This document shows, piece by piece, positions 1 through 9,828 of a stretch of DNA of 26,981 nucleotides. Location of the stretch: positions 1 through 26,981 of IMG/VR virus record IMGVR_UViG_3300037755_000804; one strand, 5' to 3'. The notes under the pieces are model-generated. The model saw nothing but the letters and a program-made list of their open reading frames with translations. It was not told the origin of the DNA and searched no databases. The position numbers and the translations under genes are program-made. How positions within the stretch are numbered: the first letter of the stretch is position 1; each line of letters begins with the position of its first letter. This DNA comes from a virus (lineage: Duplodnaviria; Caudoviricetes).

Positions 1-753
1 GGCACGACGATGTTCTAGAGTATTTACAGCCTCTTCAAGGGCCGCTGCCATCATGACCGCTCCCAAAACATTTGGGGTACCAGGGATGTCCATGAAATAG
101 CGAGATCCAGATCCGAAATGAGTCCAGTCATCTAAATCTTTCACAAACAGGAATCCAATGCCGCCTGGTCCTCCGAATTTGTGCCCACCAGCTGCTGCAA
201 AATCTACTCTCATATGCAGCACATTTACTGGCTCTTTGCCAAGTGATTGAGAGATATCCGAGAACAACTTTGCTTTAGGAAAACTGTTTTTAAACCACTG
301 AATGTTTTGAATGGAGCCTATCTCATTTTGCATGTGTATGCAGGCGATAGATCCAAAATCATCCATATTTGGCGGTGGAAAAACCTCTCCGTTCTCGTTT
401 ACATGGAGTTTTGAGTATATTTGCCCAATAGCTGCCTCACATCCCTGTGTGACTGCCGGATGTTCTACAGGCGATATGTAGAATGGTCCAGGTACCCGTT
501 CTAACATCCTCATAGCCCATTCACAAGCCTGAGTACAGCTATTTGTGAATATGATATGCTTAGCGCTAGGAGCGTTTATAAGCTTTGCAATTTTAGCCCT
601 TGCTTCTTCAAGCGCCGCAGCTGCTGCACGACCAGTTACAGATGGAGATGACGGATGTCCGTGTGCAGCATCAGAATTCATAAAAGCAGCCTGTGCTGAT
701 AGGGCCGCTTTGCTTAGTGAGACATGCGCATTAGCGTCTAGATACAGTTTCAT
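1..753 (-). CDS. iscS: IscS/NifS-like PLP-dependent cysteine desulfurase (aminotransferase class V), 3' end truncated by window edge
   Basis: Not in the ORF track. Manual translation from ATG at 753 reads MKLYLDANAHV...GHPSS...LEEARAKIAKLINA...IIFTNSCTQA...SPVEHPAV...QNEIGSIQ...SDISQSLGK...GGHKFGGPGGIGFL...PGTPNV and stays open to base 1. These match the IscS motifs YLDxNA, NPSS, EHxAV, NNEIG, DxxQ, HKxxGP (PLP lysine) and GTxN. Confidence 0.9.
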   Translation of the reverse strand, partial: MKLYLDANAHVSLSKAALSAQAAFMNSDAAHGHPSSPSVTGRAAAAALEEARAKIAKLINAPSAKHIIFTNSCTQACEWAMRMLERVPGPFYISPVEHPAVTQGCEAAIGQIYSKLHVNENGEVFPPPNMDDFGSIACIHMQNEIGSIQNIQWFKNSFPKAKLFSDISQSLGKEPVNVLHMRVDFAAAGGHKFGGPGGIGFLFVKDLDDWTHFGSGSRYFMDIPGTPNVLGAVMMAAALEEAVNTLEHRRA

Positions 754-771
754 GTACCTGAATATAACGAA

Positions 772-1086
772 TCAGGCGCTAGCCCAACCTTCAACTTCTA
801 CAGTTGTAGAGCCGGCTGGGGCTCTGAACCAAATCTTAGAAATAGACCTATTAGGAAAGAAACGCTCATCCTGAGTAGCAGTAATGCGTCCATGTAGCGT
901 ATTACCATTGAATGAGTACTCAAGCGTCTGGCCGCCAGTGTTACGAATATAGAAGCTATGTGATGGGCCCCGAACACCTGGAATGTACGGATCTTCAGTA
1001 AATCCCGCATTGTCCACCGTATCTGCGTGAAAAAAATTGAAGTCTGCCCCTTTAGTTATTTTGGCATTAGGATCGGGAAATACCAT
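772..1086 (-). CDS. Small hypothetical protein, probably virion structural (beta-rich)
   Basis: 104 aa ORF with GAGG RBS upstream, co-oriented with neighbours. Beta-strand-like pattern (FYIRNTGGQTLEYSFNG...SKIWFR...VEVEGW). Confidence 0.65.
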   Translation of the reverse strand: MVFPDPNAKITKGADFNFFHADTVDNAGFTEDPYIPGVRGPSHSFYIRNTGGQTLEYSFNGNTLHGRITATQDERFFPNRSISKIWFRAPAGSTTVEVEGWASA

Positions 1087-1113
1087 GTGTTTAACCTCTT
1101 AGTTAATACAATA

Positions 1114-2004
1114 TTATGCACCAGTGATATTTCGCGCCTGACTGTATCCAATATCTATCATTGGTCTAATATACTCTTGTTCAAATAACAGAGAGTTTTT
1201 CATTAAGGATTCTTCCGGTCTATAGATATTAATTTCAATATACCTTTTATTGGGCACATCAGCTCCGGATAAAACTAAATTATTGATTTCAATAGCACGA
1301 TTAAGATCATTGTCTAAAATTTCATCAGACATTATATCTAGAATTCTTGGGCCCAATTTAAGCAGCTTAGGAGCTTCTTGATATTGCCTTACAAAACTAC
1401 TTTCAGGACTGGTCAGTATAACATCTATTTGAGTGGCACCTTCTGATATTGCACATCTTAGTGGCGTAATTTCTCTAATCCCGCCATCTGTCCAAAATTC
1501 GCCATCTATTTTTACAGGTTTAAAAGCCATTGGAAATGAAGAAGATGCTAGAATAGCAGCCGGCATATCTGGGTAATCTTCCGTAAATATTCGATATTCA
1601 CCAGTATTAATACTAACAGCGCCAACTCTAACCTTCTTTCCACTAGAAGAAATACGATCCGATGAATAGTTCTCCCTAACCAGCTCCTCCAACGGGTCAC
1701 TATTGTATAAACTTGATTTGAATAAAGAAACTATATATCCAAGGTAATAAAATGGTTTTGGTAAATTTACCCAGCTAACATAAATATCACTACTTTTAAG
1801 ATCATGCCACATATCAGTGAGTTTATCTATACATACCCTTTCTTGTCCATGAGGATACATGCCCAAAAAGGCTGCATTTATTGCACCAACTGATATTCCA
1901 CATATAAGATCGTACTTAATTTCAAAATCACCAAGAAGATGCTGTAAAACACCAACCTGGTAAGCTCCCTTGGCAGCTCCGCCACTAAGAACAAGCGCTC
2001 TCAT
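1114..2004 (-). CDS. Patatin-like phospholipase
   Basis: Oxyanion motif ALVLSGGAAKGAYQVG, nucleophile elbow GISVG (GxSxG), ASSSFP, and catalytic DGG. Start moved to the ATG at 2004 (MRALVL) because GGAGG lies just upstream. Confidence 0.93.
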   Translation of the reverse strand: MRALVLSGGAAKGAYQVGVLQHLLGDFEIKYDLICGISVGAINAAFLGMYPHGQERVCIDKLTDMWHDLKSSDIYVSWVNLPKPFYYLGYIVSLFKSSLYNSDPLEELVRENYSSDRISSSGKKVRVGAVSINTGEYRIFTEDYPDMPAAILASSSFPMAFKPVKIDGEFWTDGGIREITPLRCAISEGATQIDVILTSPESSFVRQYQEAPKLLKLGPRILDIMSDEILDNDLNRAIEINNLVLSGADVPNKRYIEINIYRPEESLMKNSLLFEQEYIRPMIDIGYSQARNITGA

Positions 2005-2126
2005 ACGTACCTCCAAGTCTGTCTGTTGATAATCCGATAAATACAACCTTCACTTATTATTATGAATTAATAATACATTAAATTTCCACCAAAATACCTC
2101 CGAGAACAAAAATTTATCCGACAATA

Positions 2127-4235
2127 TTACGCAATAAATGGGAATATCTTTTTAAAAGTATTTGAGGAAATTTCTGCAGAAGATATGGTACCAGTTGTAA
2201 TTACACTTGCAGTTCCATCATTAGTTATAGTTCCATTTCCACGAATAATTATATCACCAGCAGTACATGATGAATCTATAATTACATGTCCAGAATTCAT
2301 GCTTATGACGGCGTATGAATTAGAATTATTAACATTTTCTATAACTAAGTAACCATCTAATCCCGATACTACCAATTGACCCCCGTTTACGTCTATAGTA
2401 GGAGGATTTGTAGGAATCGCTGGAAATTGTATATTTGTCGATAGATATGTTTTTTCGTCAGTATGAAGATCATTTAATAAAAGTTGCGCATCGGAACGAA
2501 CAGATATTTTTCCGTATATAATGCAGTGGTGAAATATACCTCTTAAATTTTCTAATGAATCCGTTAATATACAGTTATGCCCACATAAATCAGTAACAAT
2601 AGATGGTATCGAACTAAGCCCAACCGTTCCTGATAATGTTAGGTTATAAAAAGTACCACCGCTAATATCATATCCATCAAAATTTAAAGTGGCCCTACCT
2701 TCAGATTTGATAATCCAATTATCAAGATTGTGTGGTAGAATATCAGAACCTCTTAAATGTATTTCTTTAAGCCCGATTTCTTCTCCTAAAATAATTGCAT
2801 CTGCCAGAGTTTTTATTGGCATTGCTGGCAATCCACTAACTCCAAAAATGGCCCCATCAATGCCATCTATAGTGTCTACATGAACGGCTCCGTCATAGGC
2901 AATGGTTTGTATTTTCCTTCCCTCAATTAAATCTATTGCATCTACTTGGGCAGTACTAGCATTTGTTATTTTTCCAATGCCACGAACAATTATTTCACCA
3001 TTTGTAACTGTTGAATCCAAAATTACACGGCCAGAATTTAAATTAATACTAACTTCATCTAAACCAGATTTATTAATAAGCCGTATGCCTCCATTATAGT
3101 TAGGAAGAATTAAAGACTGCCCATCCCCGCCCATATCAATAGTAGGTATGGCAGTTCCAGCCGTATCATCATAACAATTAATAATACTAGCTTGTTGCCC
3201 GCCAGCCAATGTTATAGTTCCTCTTAATCCGCTATTTTTAATAAGTCCATTAAAAAATAATAGGTCTTCTAAAAGACAATTATTTATAGTTGAATAGCCA
3301 TCAAGAACACCATCAATGATGGCATTATTAAATTCACAACCTTCTACATCAGCATCTGCTATTATAGTGAGTCGACTTTTACTCTGTGATTCACCAATAA
3401 AAATTAAATTCTTAAAAGATAATCCAGAATTAATATTAGCATTACCTTTAACAAAAAATTTAGTAAATCCACGTGATTGAACTATTAATAAAGCATCTGA
3501 TAGATTATTAACTGGGGCTCTTTGCGTACCAACTGGAAAATTTACTCCAGAAAAAGAGCTATTTAAATCAACAGTTACTCCGCCACCAAAGCTTGCATAT
3601 TCAATATCTATAGAGTTACGACTAGTTGCTGAACTGGCACTAGTTCTAAGTATTTGAACAAATGCTGATGGAGATACGGAATCGATATCACTACCAAAAG
3701 CATCTACAGCAACTAGGTTACCGCCGGTTATTTCACACTGTATTTCATTATGAATTTTATAAAAATCCCCAATTTCCCATTTATTAGTAGTACCGCCAGC
3801 CAACGGTTCATGCTCTACTTGAGTCTCTGAAATGACTCTAATAATAGTAGTATGGGAAAGATCTGGAAAGTTTGTAATAGTGGCGCCTCGTAATACTCCA
3901 TTAGAAATAAAGGAAGCTCCTGCGTCTGTTAATATTATTCCACCAACATCGTTGGCCTCGGAGGCGTATCCATCTGCAACATGATCGAATCTTGATTCGA
4001 ATTTTATTTGAGCATTTTGAAGCGTAGCAGTAAGACCAACGCTAACGCCACCTCCTAGATCTTCTCCACCTGCCGTAGATATTATAAATGGATAAACAAG
4101 ATTTTGTTGTTGAGATTCGATTTCACGCAAAGTATCATGTAAATCTTGAATTATAATTTCGGTGGAGGGAGCAGCGATCGTTATAAGACGAGGATCTAAG
4201 TCCCACCTTACTGTAATATCATCTCGCTGTACCAC
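2127..4235 (-). CDS. Virion fibre/spike-like protein with tandemly duplicated beta-helix-like module
   Basis: 702 aa, G/I/N/S/T rich, with two roughly 230 aa internal repeats. The N-terminus and one internal module resemble the 876 aa protein. Confidence 0.6.
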   Translation of the reverse strand: MVQRDDITVRWDLDPRLITIAAPSTEIIIQDLHDTLREIESQQQNLVYPFIISTAGGEDLGGGVSVGLTATLQNAQIKFESRFDHVADGYASEANDVGGIILTDAGASFISNGVLRGATITNFPDLSHTTIIRVISETQVEHEPLAGGTTNKWEIGDFYKIHNEIQCEITGGNLVAVDAFGSDIDSVSPSAFVQILRTSASSATSRNSIDIEYASFGGGVTVDLNSSFSGVNFPVGTQRAPVNNLSDALLIVQSRGFTKFFVKGNANINSGLSFKNLIFIGESQSKSRLTIIADADVEGCEFNNAIIDGVLDGYSTINNCLLEDLLFFNGLIKNSGLRGTITLAGGQQASIINCYDDTAGTAIPTIDMGGDGQSLILPNYNGGIRLINKSGLDEVSINLNSGRVILDSTVTNGEIIVRGIGKITNASTAQVDAIDLIEGRKIQTIAYDGAVHVDTIDGIDGAIFGVSGLPAMPIKTLADAIILGEEIGLKEIHLRGSDILPHNLDNWIIKSEGRATLNFDGYDISGGTFYNLTLSGTVGLSSIPSIVTDLCGHNCILTDSLENLRGIFHHCIIYGKISVRSDAQLLLNDLHTDEKTYLSTNIQFPAIPTNPPTIDVNGGQLVVSGLDGYLVIENVNNSNSYAVISMNSGHVIIDSSCTAGDIIIRGNGTITNDGTASVITTGTISSAEISSNTFKKIFPFIA
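2190..3605 (-). repeat. Diverged protein-level tandem duplication (about 2913-3605 and 2190-2912)
   Basis: IEYASFGGGVTVD..GTQRAPVNNLSDAL vs IQTIAYDGAVHVD..GLPAMPIKTLADAI; PTIDMGG vs PTIDVNG; SINLNSGRVILDSTVTNGEIIVRGIGKITN vs VISMNSGHVIIDSSCTAGDIIIRGNGTITN. Confidence 0.8.
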
Positions 4236-4239
4236 TTAC

Positions 4240-4689
4240 TCACCTTTTGATACTCCTTAATTTTTTCTGAAAAAGGATTTGTTTTGTTTTTTCTTCTTGG
4301 GCAATTTGGTCAAAATCTAATGATAATTTATCAAATTGCTTAGCTCTTTCTATCAACTCTATTCTTTCTTTTTTAATGGCATTTTCATCGTATGTTTCCA
4401 TTGGCTCCATGCGACTAACTTTCCATTCTTCTTTATTCTTAAGTGCCTCTTTCTTTTTTCTTTTATATTCACTCAACATTACCAAAACACTAGATAGTTG
4501 CTTTGCCTTCTCCCTCTCTCTATTAGCAGCCTCTTTATATTCTTTAATATCATTTCTGGCACTAATTTCTATTTGTAAAGAATCGGCCAATTCAGTAGCA
4601 ATAAATCCAGCGCTATCCTCGGGTCTATCAGTTTCAATTTTAAACCCAATTATAGCACCTTTCGTGACCGACCTATCTTTAGTGCTCAT
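4240..4689 (-). CDS. Hypothetical charged coiled-coil protein
   Basis: 149 aa, K/E rich, fills the gap between co-oriented genes. Confidence 0.7.
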   Translation of the reverse strand: MSTKDRSVTKGAIIGFKIETDRPEDSAGFIATELADSLQIEISARNDIKEYKEAANREREKAKQLSSVLVMLSEYKRKKKEALKNKEEWKVSRMEPMETYDENAIKKERIELIERAKQFDKLSLDFDQIAQEEKTKQILFQKKLRSIKR

Positions 4690-4709
4690 AATTATCTATA
4701 TAACCGTTA

Positions 4710-7340
4710 TTAGCTAGCAATCGTATCAACAGTTCGAATTGCTGTAACGGTCAAATTGGCGTCAGTTAATGTGATTCCAGACTGTTGGAATGGAAGAATT
4801 CTTGTACCACCCACATCTGGATCTGAAAATCTTGTCCGTCCAATTAAATCAGTATCCGCTACATATTTAATAGTGGTTGTTAATGAGCTGCTGATGGCTA
4901 CCCCATCAATAAATGGGAAATATGCCGTATCAGCATCCACCAAGGCTACGGGAACCGTGTTGGCTTCCCAAGAATCCGCAGATTCCCACGTATTTAATGT
5001 ACCACCAGTCAAAGGTGTTGTTTCAATTGAATCATCATCAATTTTACGCAAAACAACTGCCCAAGATCCATCAGTTACATTGCGTATCATCATACCAGTT
5101 CTAACAAATCCGGTTGCCTCAAAAGTAGCAAAGGCACCAGTATCATTAAGAACTGTGGATGTTCCTGCGGAGGTAGCGGTACCGGACAGTCCAGCGGCCG
5201 AGTCTAAAGTAATAGTTGTACCAGCAACAGATGTATAGAAAAAACGATATTCTTGTCCAATAGTGCTGGAAACGTCAACTACCCTAACCCAACTATTCAC
5301 AGCCGGAACGTCAAGTGCTACGGTAGTATCTAGAGGAATTGAAGTAGATCCAACAGCAGCGCCAGCTGCGCCTACACCATTTTGAGTTTTGGTTATATCG
5401 GAACCACCAGGAGTATCAACCTCTGCCAAAAATGCTCTATCATTGGCAACTAAACCTGCAAATGTAATACTGCGCTGCGTTGGTGGTAAAATAACATTTC
5501 CATTTAAATCGGAAGTCTGCCAGTTGTTTGCATCTGCCGCTGGCACATTATCTAATACAATTCCGCGCGCCACGAACCAGCGACCACCAGCAAAGGATCC
5601 GAAAGGAGCACCAGTGTTATCAGTAATGCTGCTTGGGGTGCCGTTTACAGTAACTTCATTGGCACCATGGTCTCCCACCTCTGCTACTGTATCATCATTT
5701 AGCCAGGTTCCTTTAACTTGAGTTAAAGTTAACTGACCACTGGCGCCACCAGGATTAGAAAGTGAAATCACTACGCCAGAGGCTGTCCAGCCAGCGTTTG
5801 CATTAGTTACTAGAACTCCTTCTGCCGGAGGCGTTCCGGTTTTACCATCCCATGGAACGGTAATGTCACCAACTGCACGATAAAATTCTCCAGCTTCATT
5901 AACACCAACAACCGCTGTACTTAACAACGTATCTTGAGTGTCAGGAGTTGAGCCATCCTGATTTCCACGAGAAGTTAAGAATTGAACATACCTATAAATT
6001 TCTGCTAGTGGAATATTATTGCAATCAATAACACAGGCATATTCTTCATCAGTAGAATCTTCATTAATATCTCTTTGAGCATTTCCAAATGTAATAGTAA
6101 CGCCCTGAGATTGAGCCGGGCCATCTGTTACCTCGGCTGGAGCACCATCAATATCAAAATCTGTTGTATCTCCCCTAACACCAATATCATCATTATCAGC
6201 AAACTGCTTTAAAGTACGATCTGTTGTAGTTAGTGGCTCATTTTCTCCAATTAAATAGTATTCAAATGAACCAGTTGCTGAGGCTCCGCCAGTTACACTA
6301 GTAACAACAGCTCTCAATCTGCCCAAAGGTTCGTTAGTACCGGTGCCATGAGCGTTGTTCTCAAGAATGTCGCCTATTTCAAGATCGTTTCCCGTGCGGC
6401 CATCGAAGTTAATGGTATAAGGACCATCGGCGGAGTTCAGGTCAGTTCCGGTAGATGCAAAAGGTACGACGAAGTTACCAGCTGCAGTTGCGGTTAATTC
6501 GAAGTGTGAATAAATTGTACCAAATTGGCGGGCACCTACAAATAGACGGCCACTATCAACTAATACGCCAGCCTCGCGTGTTTTCACCAAGATATCTATA
6601 TGATCGGTACCACCTAAAAGATTAGGTGAGCCAGTTGCAAAATCAACGTCAACATCCCACCATTCATCAATTTTTTCGATTTTTCTTCGAAGAAGAGCCT
6701 CGGCATCAGCGCCATGATAGGCTCTACCACCTTGATAATCATCTTCTTGGCCAACGTATGCTTCTGTAGTTGCGAACTTAGAGCCTACAGAAAACAAGTT
6801 AGCCCAAATGGTTTCTCCAGTTTGAACGCCATTATTAGTTTCTGTCTGTAAATCAACACCAGTACCAGTAACGTTCTCGTTGTCTGAAAATTGTGCAACC
6901 GAAGTATTTCTTACCCAGGCTACTTGACGAACAGTATCAACTGCCAACAAAATACCAGTTGCAGCCGAAGACACGCCAGTTAATGTAACTCCAATATCTC
7001 CGGCGACTGGTGCATCTGAAGAACCATCAGTCCAGCGCAATTGGGTAATACCTTCAGCGCCAGATTTAAGCCAATCTGAAGTCTGAATAGAACCACCGTA
7101 TAATGCCTTAATTGAGTTATCATCAATAAACCAACCATTGATGATGGTATACTGTGTAGGGGTCTGCGCAGACATTGGTACAGAATGCTGCATGAAGCCC
7201 GGCTCATCAAACGTATCCTGAAAATATGAATATAATTCATTAACAGTATATATAGAAGGAGGCCTATCGTTCACAAAAGCTGTGACATAAGTGATCTTTC
7301 TATCAACTACATCAATATTAATATCGTCTTGTATTGCCAT
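4710..7340 (-). CDS. Large virion structural protein (fibre/appendage-like)
   Basis: 876 aa, G/T/D/A/V rich and acidic, AGG RBS upstream. Shares modules with the 702 aa and 664 aa neighbours. Confidence 0.65.
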   Translation of the reverse strand: MAIQDDINIDVVDRKITYVTAFVNDRPPSIYTVNELYSYFQDTFDEPGFMQHSVPMSAQTPTQYTIINGWFIDDNSIKALYGGSIQTSDWLKSGAEGITQLRWTDGSSDAPVAGDIGVTLTGVSSAATGILLAVDTVRQVAWVRNTSVAQFSDNENVTGTGVDLQTETNNGVQTGETIWANLFSVGSKFATTEAYVGQEDDYQGGRAYHGADAEALLRRKIEKIDEWWDVDVDFATGSPNLLGGTDHIDILVKTREAGVLVDSGRLFVGARQFGTIYSHFELTATAAGNFVVPFASTGTDLNSADGPYTINFDGRTGNDLEIGDILENNAHGTGTNEPLGRLRAVVTSVTGGASATGSFEYYLIGENEPLTTTDRTLKQFADNDDIGVRGDTTDFDIDGAPAEVTDGPAQSQGVTITFGNAQRDINEDSTDEEYACVIDCNNIPLAEIYRYVQFLTSRGNQDGSTPDTQDTLLSTAVVGVNEAGEFYRAVGDITVPWDGKTGTPPAEGVLVTNANAGWTASGVVISLSNPGGASGQLTLTQVKGTWLNDDTVAEVGDHGANEVTVNGTPSSITDNTGAPFGSFAGGRWFVARGIVLDNVPAADANNWQTSDLNGNVILPPTQRSITFAGLVANDRAFLAEVDTPGGSDITKTQNGVGAAGAAVGSTSIPLDTTVALDVPAVNSWVRVVDVSSTIGQEYRFFYTSVAGTTITLDSAAGLSGTATSAGTSTVLNDTGAFATFEATGFVRTGMMIRNVTDGSWAVVLRKIDDDSIETTPLTGGTLNTWESADSWEANTVPVALVDADTAYFPFIDGVAISSSLTTTIKYVADTDLIGRTRFSDPDVGGTRILPFQQSGITLTDANLTVTAIRTVDTIAS

Positions 7341-7402
7341 AGTTCGTACCTAATCGGGAGCCATTCTTGGTCTGTATCTAGATGTTTTTTAATGCGTATA
7401 GA

Positions 7403-9397
7403 TTAAATTCGATTATTGGTGTCTATTTGCCATATGGCTGTAGCTGTTAATCCAGACGAAGCAATAATTGTACCAGTAGAGTTAAATGGTATATATTTTT
7501 CTGTTTTATCTAAACTAATACTGTCTGCCTGGGCCTGAGTTGGAGTTGTTACGGCGGTAACCCTAAATCTAATATAAAAATAAGGTCCTTGAGAGTTTAT
7601 AGATGTTGTAGCCCAATCAGACGGAATGGTAAAGCTAACAGTTAAACCATTGCCGGAAATTTGAAATGAACCTGTCTCATCAGTTACAGTTAAAGCAGTC
7701 CAGGCGCCATTCCAATACTCCCAAGTACCAGAATAACCGGATCCGGTCGTAGTTATGTTTGTCTCAACCTGGCCAAATTGGGACATTCCACCAAAATAAA
7801 ACGCATCATTAACGGCAGGAGTAACAGGTAATAAGTCAACATCATCAGTTGACCCAACGCCTGGAGATCCGGTTAATGTTCTGGCGTTTGTAGTAAAATC
7901 TGTAAATACACCACCATCATCTTGAATGGCTGCGCTGATTATTCCACCATTACGTGCCCTTATTATTACATCTTGAGGGGTAGTGCCCCCAAAAGACCCG
8001 GCAACTACCCCAGAAGAATTGGCATATCCTTCAAGAAGGACTACACCATCTTCGGTCCCGCCAGAACCAATAATGGCTGCGCGGCTTCCTTCTGTTAGGC
8101 CATTTACTTCAATTGGAACAGATACATTTACTACAGTGCTAGCGCCCGTGCCATTCCTTACTGTAGGCGTGCTTCCGCCAACTACATTTAAAGTTACTAA
8201 TCCTCCAGAATCATTAAAAATTGCCGCATCATTAGTACCATCTGAGCCATATCCAACAAATGTATTACCAGAAAATGTATATGTTCCAGTGGTTGTTATT
8301 TCAATAGCATGACCATCGGAGAATTCAAATATAGAATCTGATATTAATTCTGGATCATCTGATTCAATGAAGGCAACGCCGTCACCAGTATTAGCGTCTA
8401 AAACAGTAATACTATCCAGCGTGCCCCCGTTTTGAATTAAAGAACTACAATTAATTAGTGATGTTCCAACCAAGCTAGAATTAGCAGATAAAGTAAGTAC
8501 ATCGGCTCCAGACCATACTCCGTTAGTATCTAAGAAAGAATTGGTGGTAGAATCTACTGTAATAGACCACCGAGAATTACTGGCATTAGCAGCGGCAATA
8601 TTAGCTAATGTCCAAGTTACATCAGTTCCTTCTCCACGCATCGATATTTCATAAAATCCTACCGCTACTCTTTGATCAGAAAATATAACAGAAAAGGCAG
8701 CATCTGTAAAAACAGAAGTAGCTGATCCTGTAGATGGTCCAATGAATAATTTTCCTTTGCCTATAAAGGCACCATTGCTTGATGACCACCAGCCCCAGAA
8801 GCTTGTATCCTCATCTTGAACTCTAACCGTCTCGAAGGTGTTAGGAGTACCACCAGACCCAGCATCTGCGCGAACACCTAATCCAATTGTAAACTGGTCT
8901 AACTGGATATTATTGAAGTTACCCATCAAGCTTGTCAGGGTTGTAAATGCTCCTCCCATCTCACTAACGGCAGTAAGTTGAGCTGGGTTGCCGTTCGTTG
9001 TCCAGGTTCCGGCCGAAATGACATCAAAGTCTCGGGCCGAATCTATAACTGCAGTTATAAAACCACCCTTATAAAATCCAGCCGGTTGAACATTCCACCT
9101 TCCACGATCTGTACCATTTCCAACTACAATCTGCAGCCCTGTCGTGGCGTTAATCGGGGTCTTCGTGTTGAACCACATAATGATGTGGAATCCAAATTCT
9201 CCACCACCAGACTCGAATGCATACGGGGCCGTGGCACCAAGAGTTGTTGTATACATCTCATTGAGACCAAGAGTTGCCTTGAGTCCAATAGCTCCAGAAC
9301 CTTCTACGAAATCATCGTCAGTCGAAATATTTCCGACATTGTACCCGGTCGTAGCATCGGCCGAGTTTACAATTTCTCCTACGAGAGTTACCGCCAT
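7403..9397 (-). CDS. Virion structural protein with beta-helix-like central region
   Basis: 664 aa, G/T/S rich (GHAIEITTTGTYTFSGNTFVGY...AIFNDSGGLVTLNV). The C-terminus is similar to that of the 876 aa protein. Confidence 0.62.
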   Translation of the reverse strand: MAVTLVGEIVNSADATTGYNVGNISTDDDFVEGSGAIGLKATLGLNEMYTTTLGATAPYAFESGGGEFGFHIIMWFNTKTPINATTGLQIVVGNGTDRGRWNVQPAGFYKGGFITAVIDSARDFDVISAGTWTTNGNPAQLTAVSEMGGAFTTLTSLMGNFNNIQLDQFTIGLGVRADAGSGGTPNTFETVRVQDEDTSFWGWWSSSNGAFIGKGKLFIGPSTGSATSVFTDAAFSVIFSDQRVAVGFYEISMRGEGTDVTWTLANIAAANASNSRWSITVDSTTNSFLDTNGVWSGADVLTLSANSSLVGTSLINCSSLIQNGGTLDSITVLDANTGDGVAFIESDDPELISDSIFEFSDGHAIEITTTGTYTFSGNTFVGYGSDGTNDAAIFNDSGGLVTLNVVGGSTPTVRNGTGASTVVNVSVPIEVNGLTEGSRAAIIGSGGTEDGVVLLEGYANSSGVVAGSFGGTTPQDVIIRARNGGIISAAIQDDGGVFTDFTTNARTLTGSPGVGSTDDVDLLPVTPAVNDAFYFGGMSQFGQVETNITTTGSGYSGTWEYWNGAWTALTVTDETGSFQISGNGLTVSFTIPSDWATTSINSQGPYFYIRFRVTAVTTPTQAQADSISLDKTEKYIPFNSTGTIIASSGLTATAIWQIDTNNRI

Positions 9398-9828
9398 GAT
9401 CCCAATGCCCCATAACGATGAGTTAAAACGATTGCTGCTACATGAACCGCATGTAGCGCCCCTTGCCCCGAAATAGGCACGTAAACGCCTAAATCAAGTA
9501 TCTGCCCGGCCCAACCATTGGCGGGGCCAAATACATACCAATCAACTTGATGATCGAAGTCCCATAGCGCAACTTTCTCAGTGGCAGAATCCCAAGGACA
9601 ACATACATGAGCAACACGGCCCTCCAAAATTGGAATATCATTTACTACCTCATAATGATTTGCTATCTGAATTTCTACATCTGATTTGTTGATAATAATT
9701 ACTCGCTCAATATCTCCAGCTGCTTGCTCTGCATAATTCCATGCATCAAGATCAATGCGACGCCCCGACCAGACATCAATATCATTGTTTTCAAAATAAA
9801 AGCAAATACCTGGCATATTATCCACCAA
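9388..9828 (-). CDS. Degenerate SPOUT/SpoU-like methyltransferase-fold protein
   Basis: C-terminal LWDFDH..WYVFGPANG...VYVPISGQGALHAVHVAAIVLTHR follows the TrmH/TrmL knot pattern (vfGxExxG...v.IPm.g..SLN.a.a.aivl), with the E and SLN positions altered. Confidence 0.55.
   Translation of the reverse strand: MVDNMPGICFYFENNDIDVWSGRRIDLDAWNYAEQAAGDIERVIIINKSDVEIQIANHYEVVNDIPILEGRVAHVCCPWDSATEKVALWDFDHQVDWYVFGPANGWAGQILDLGVYVPISGQGALHAVHVAAIVLTHRYGALGSWR

Noticed and set aside
1114-2004. CBASS CapV-type defence operon
   Set aside because: No CD-NTase or other CBASS component is recognisable in the window.
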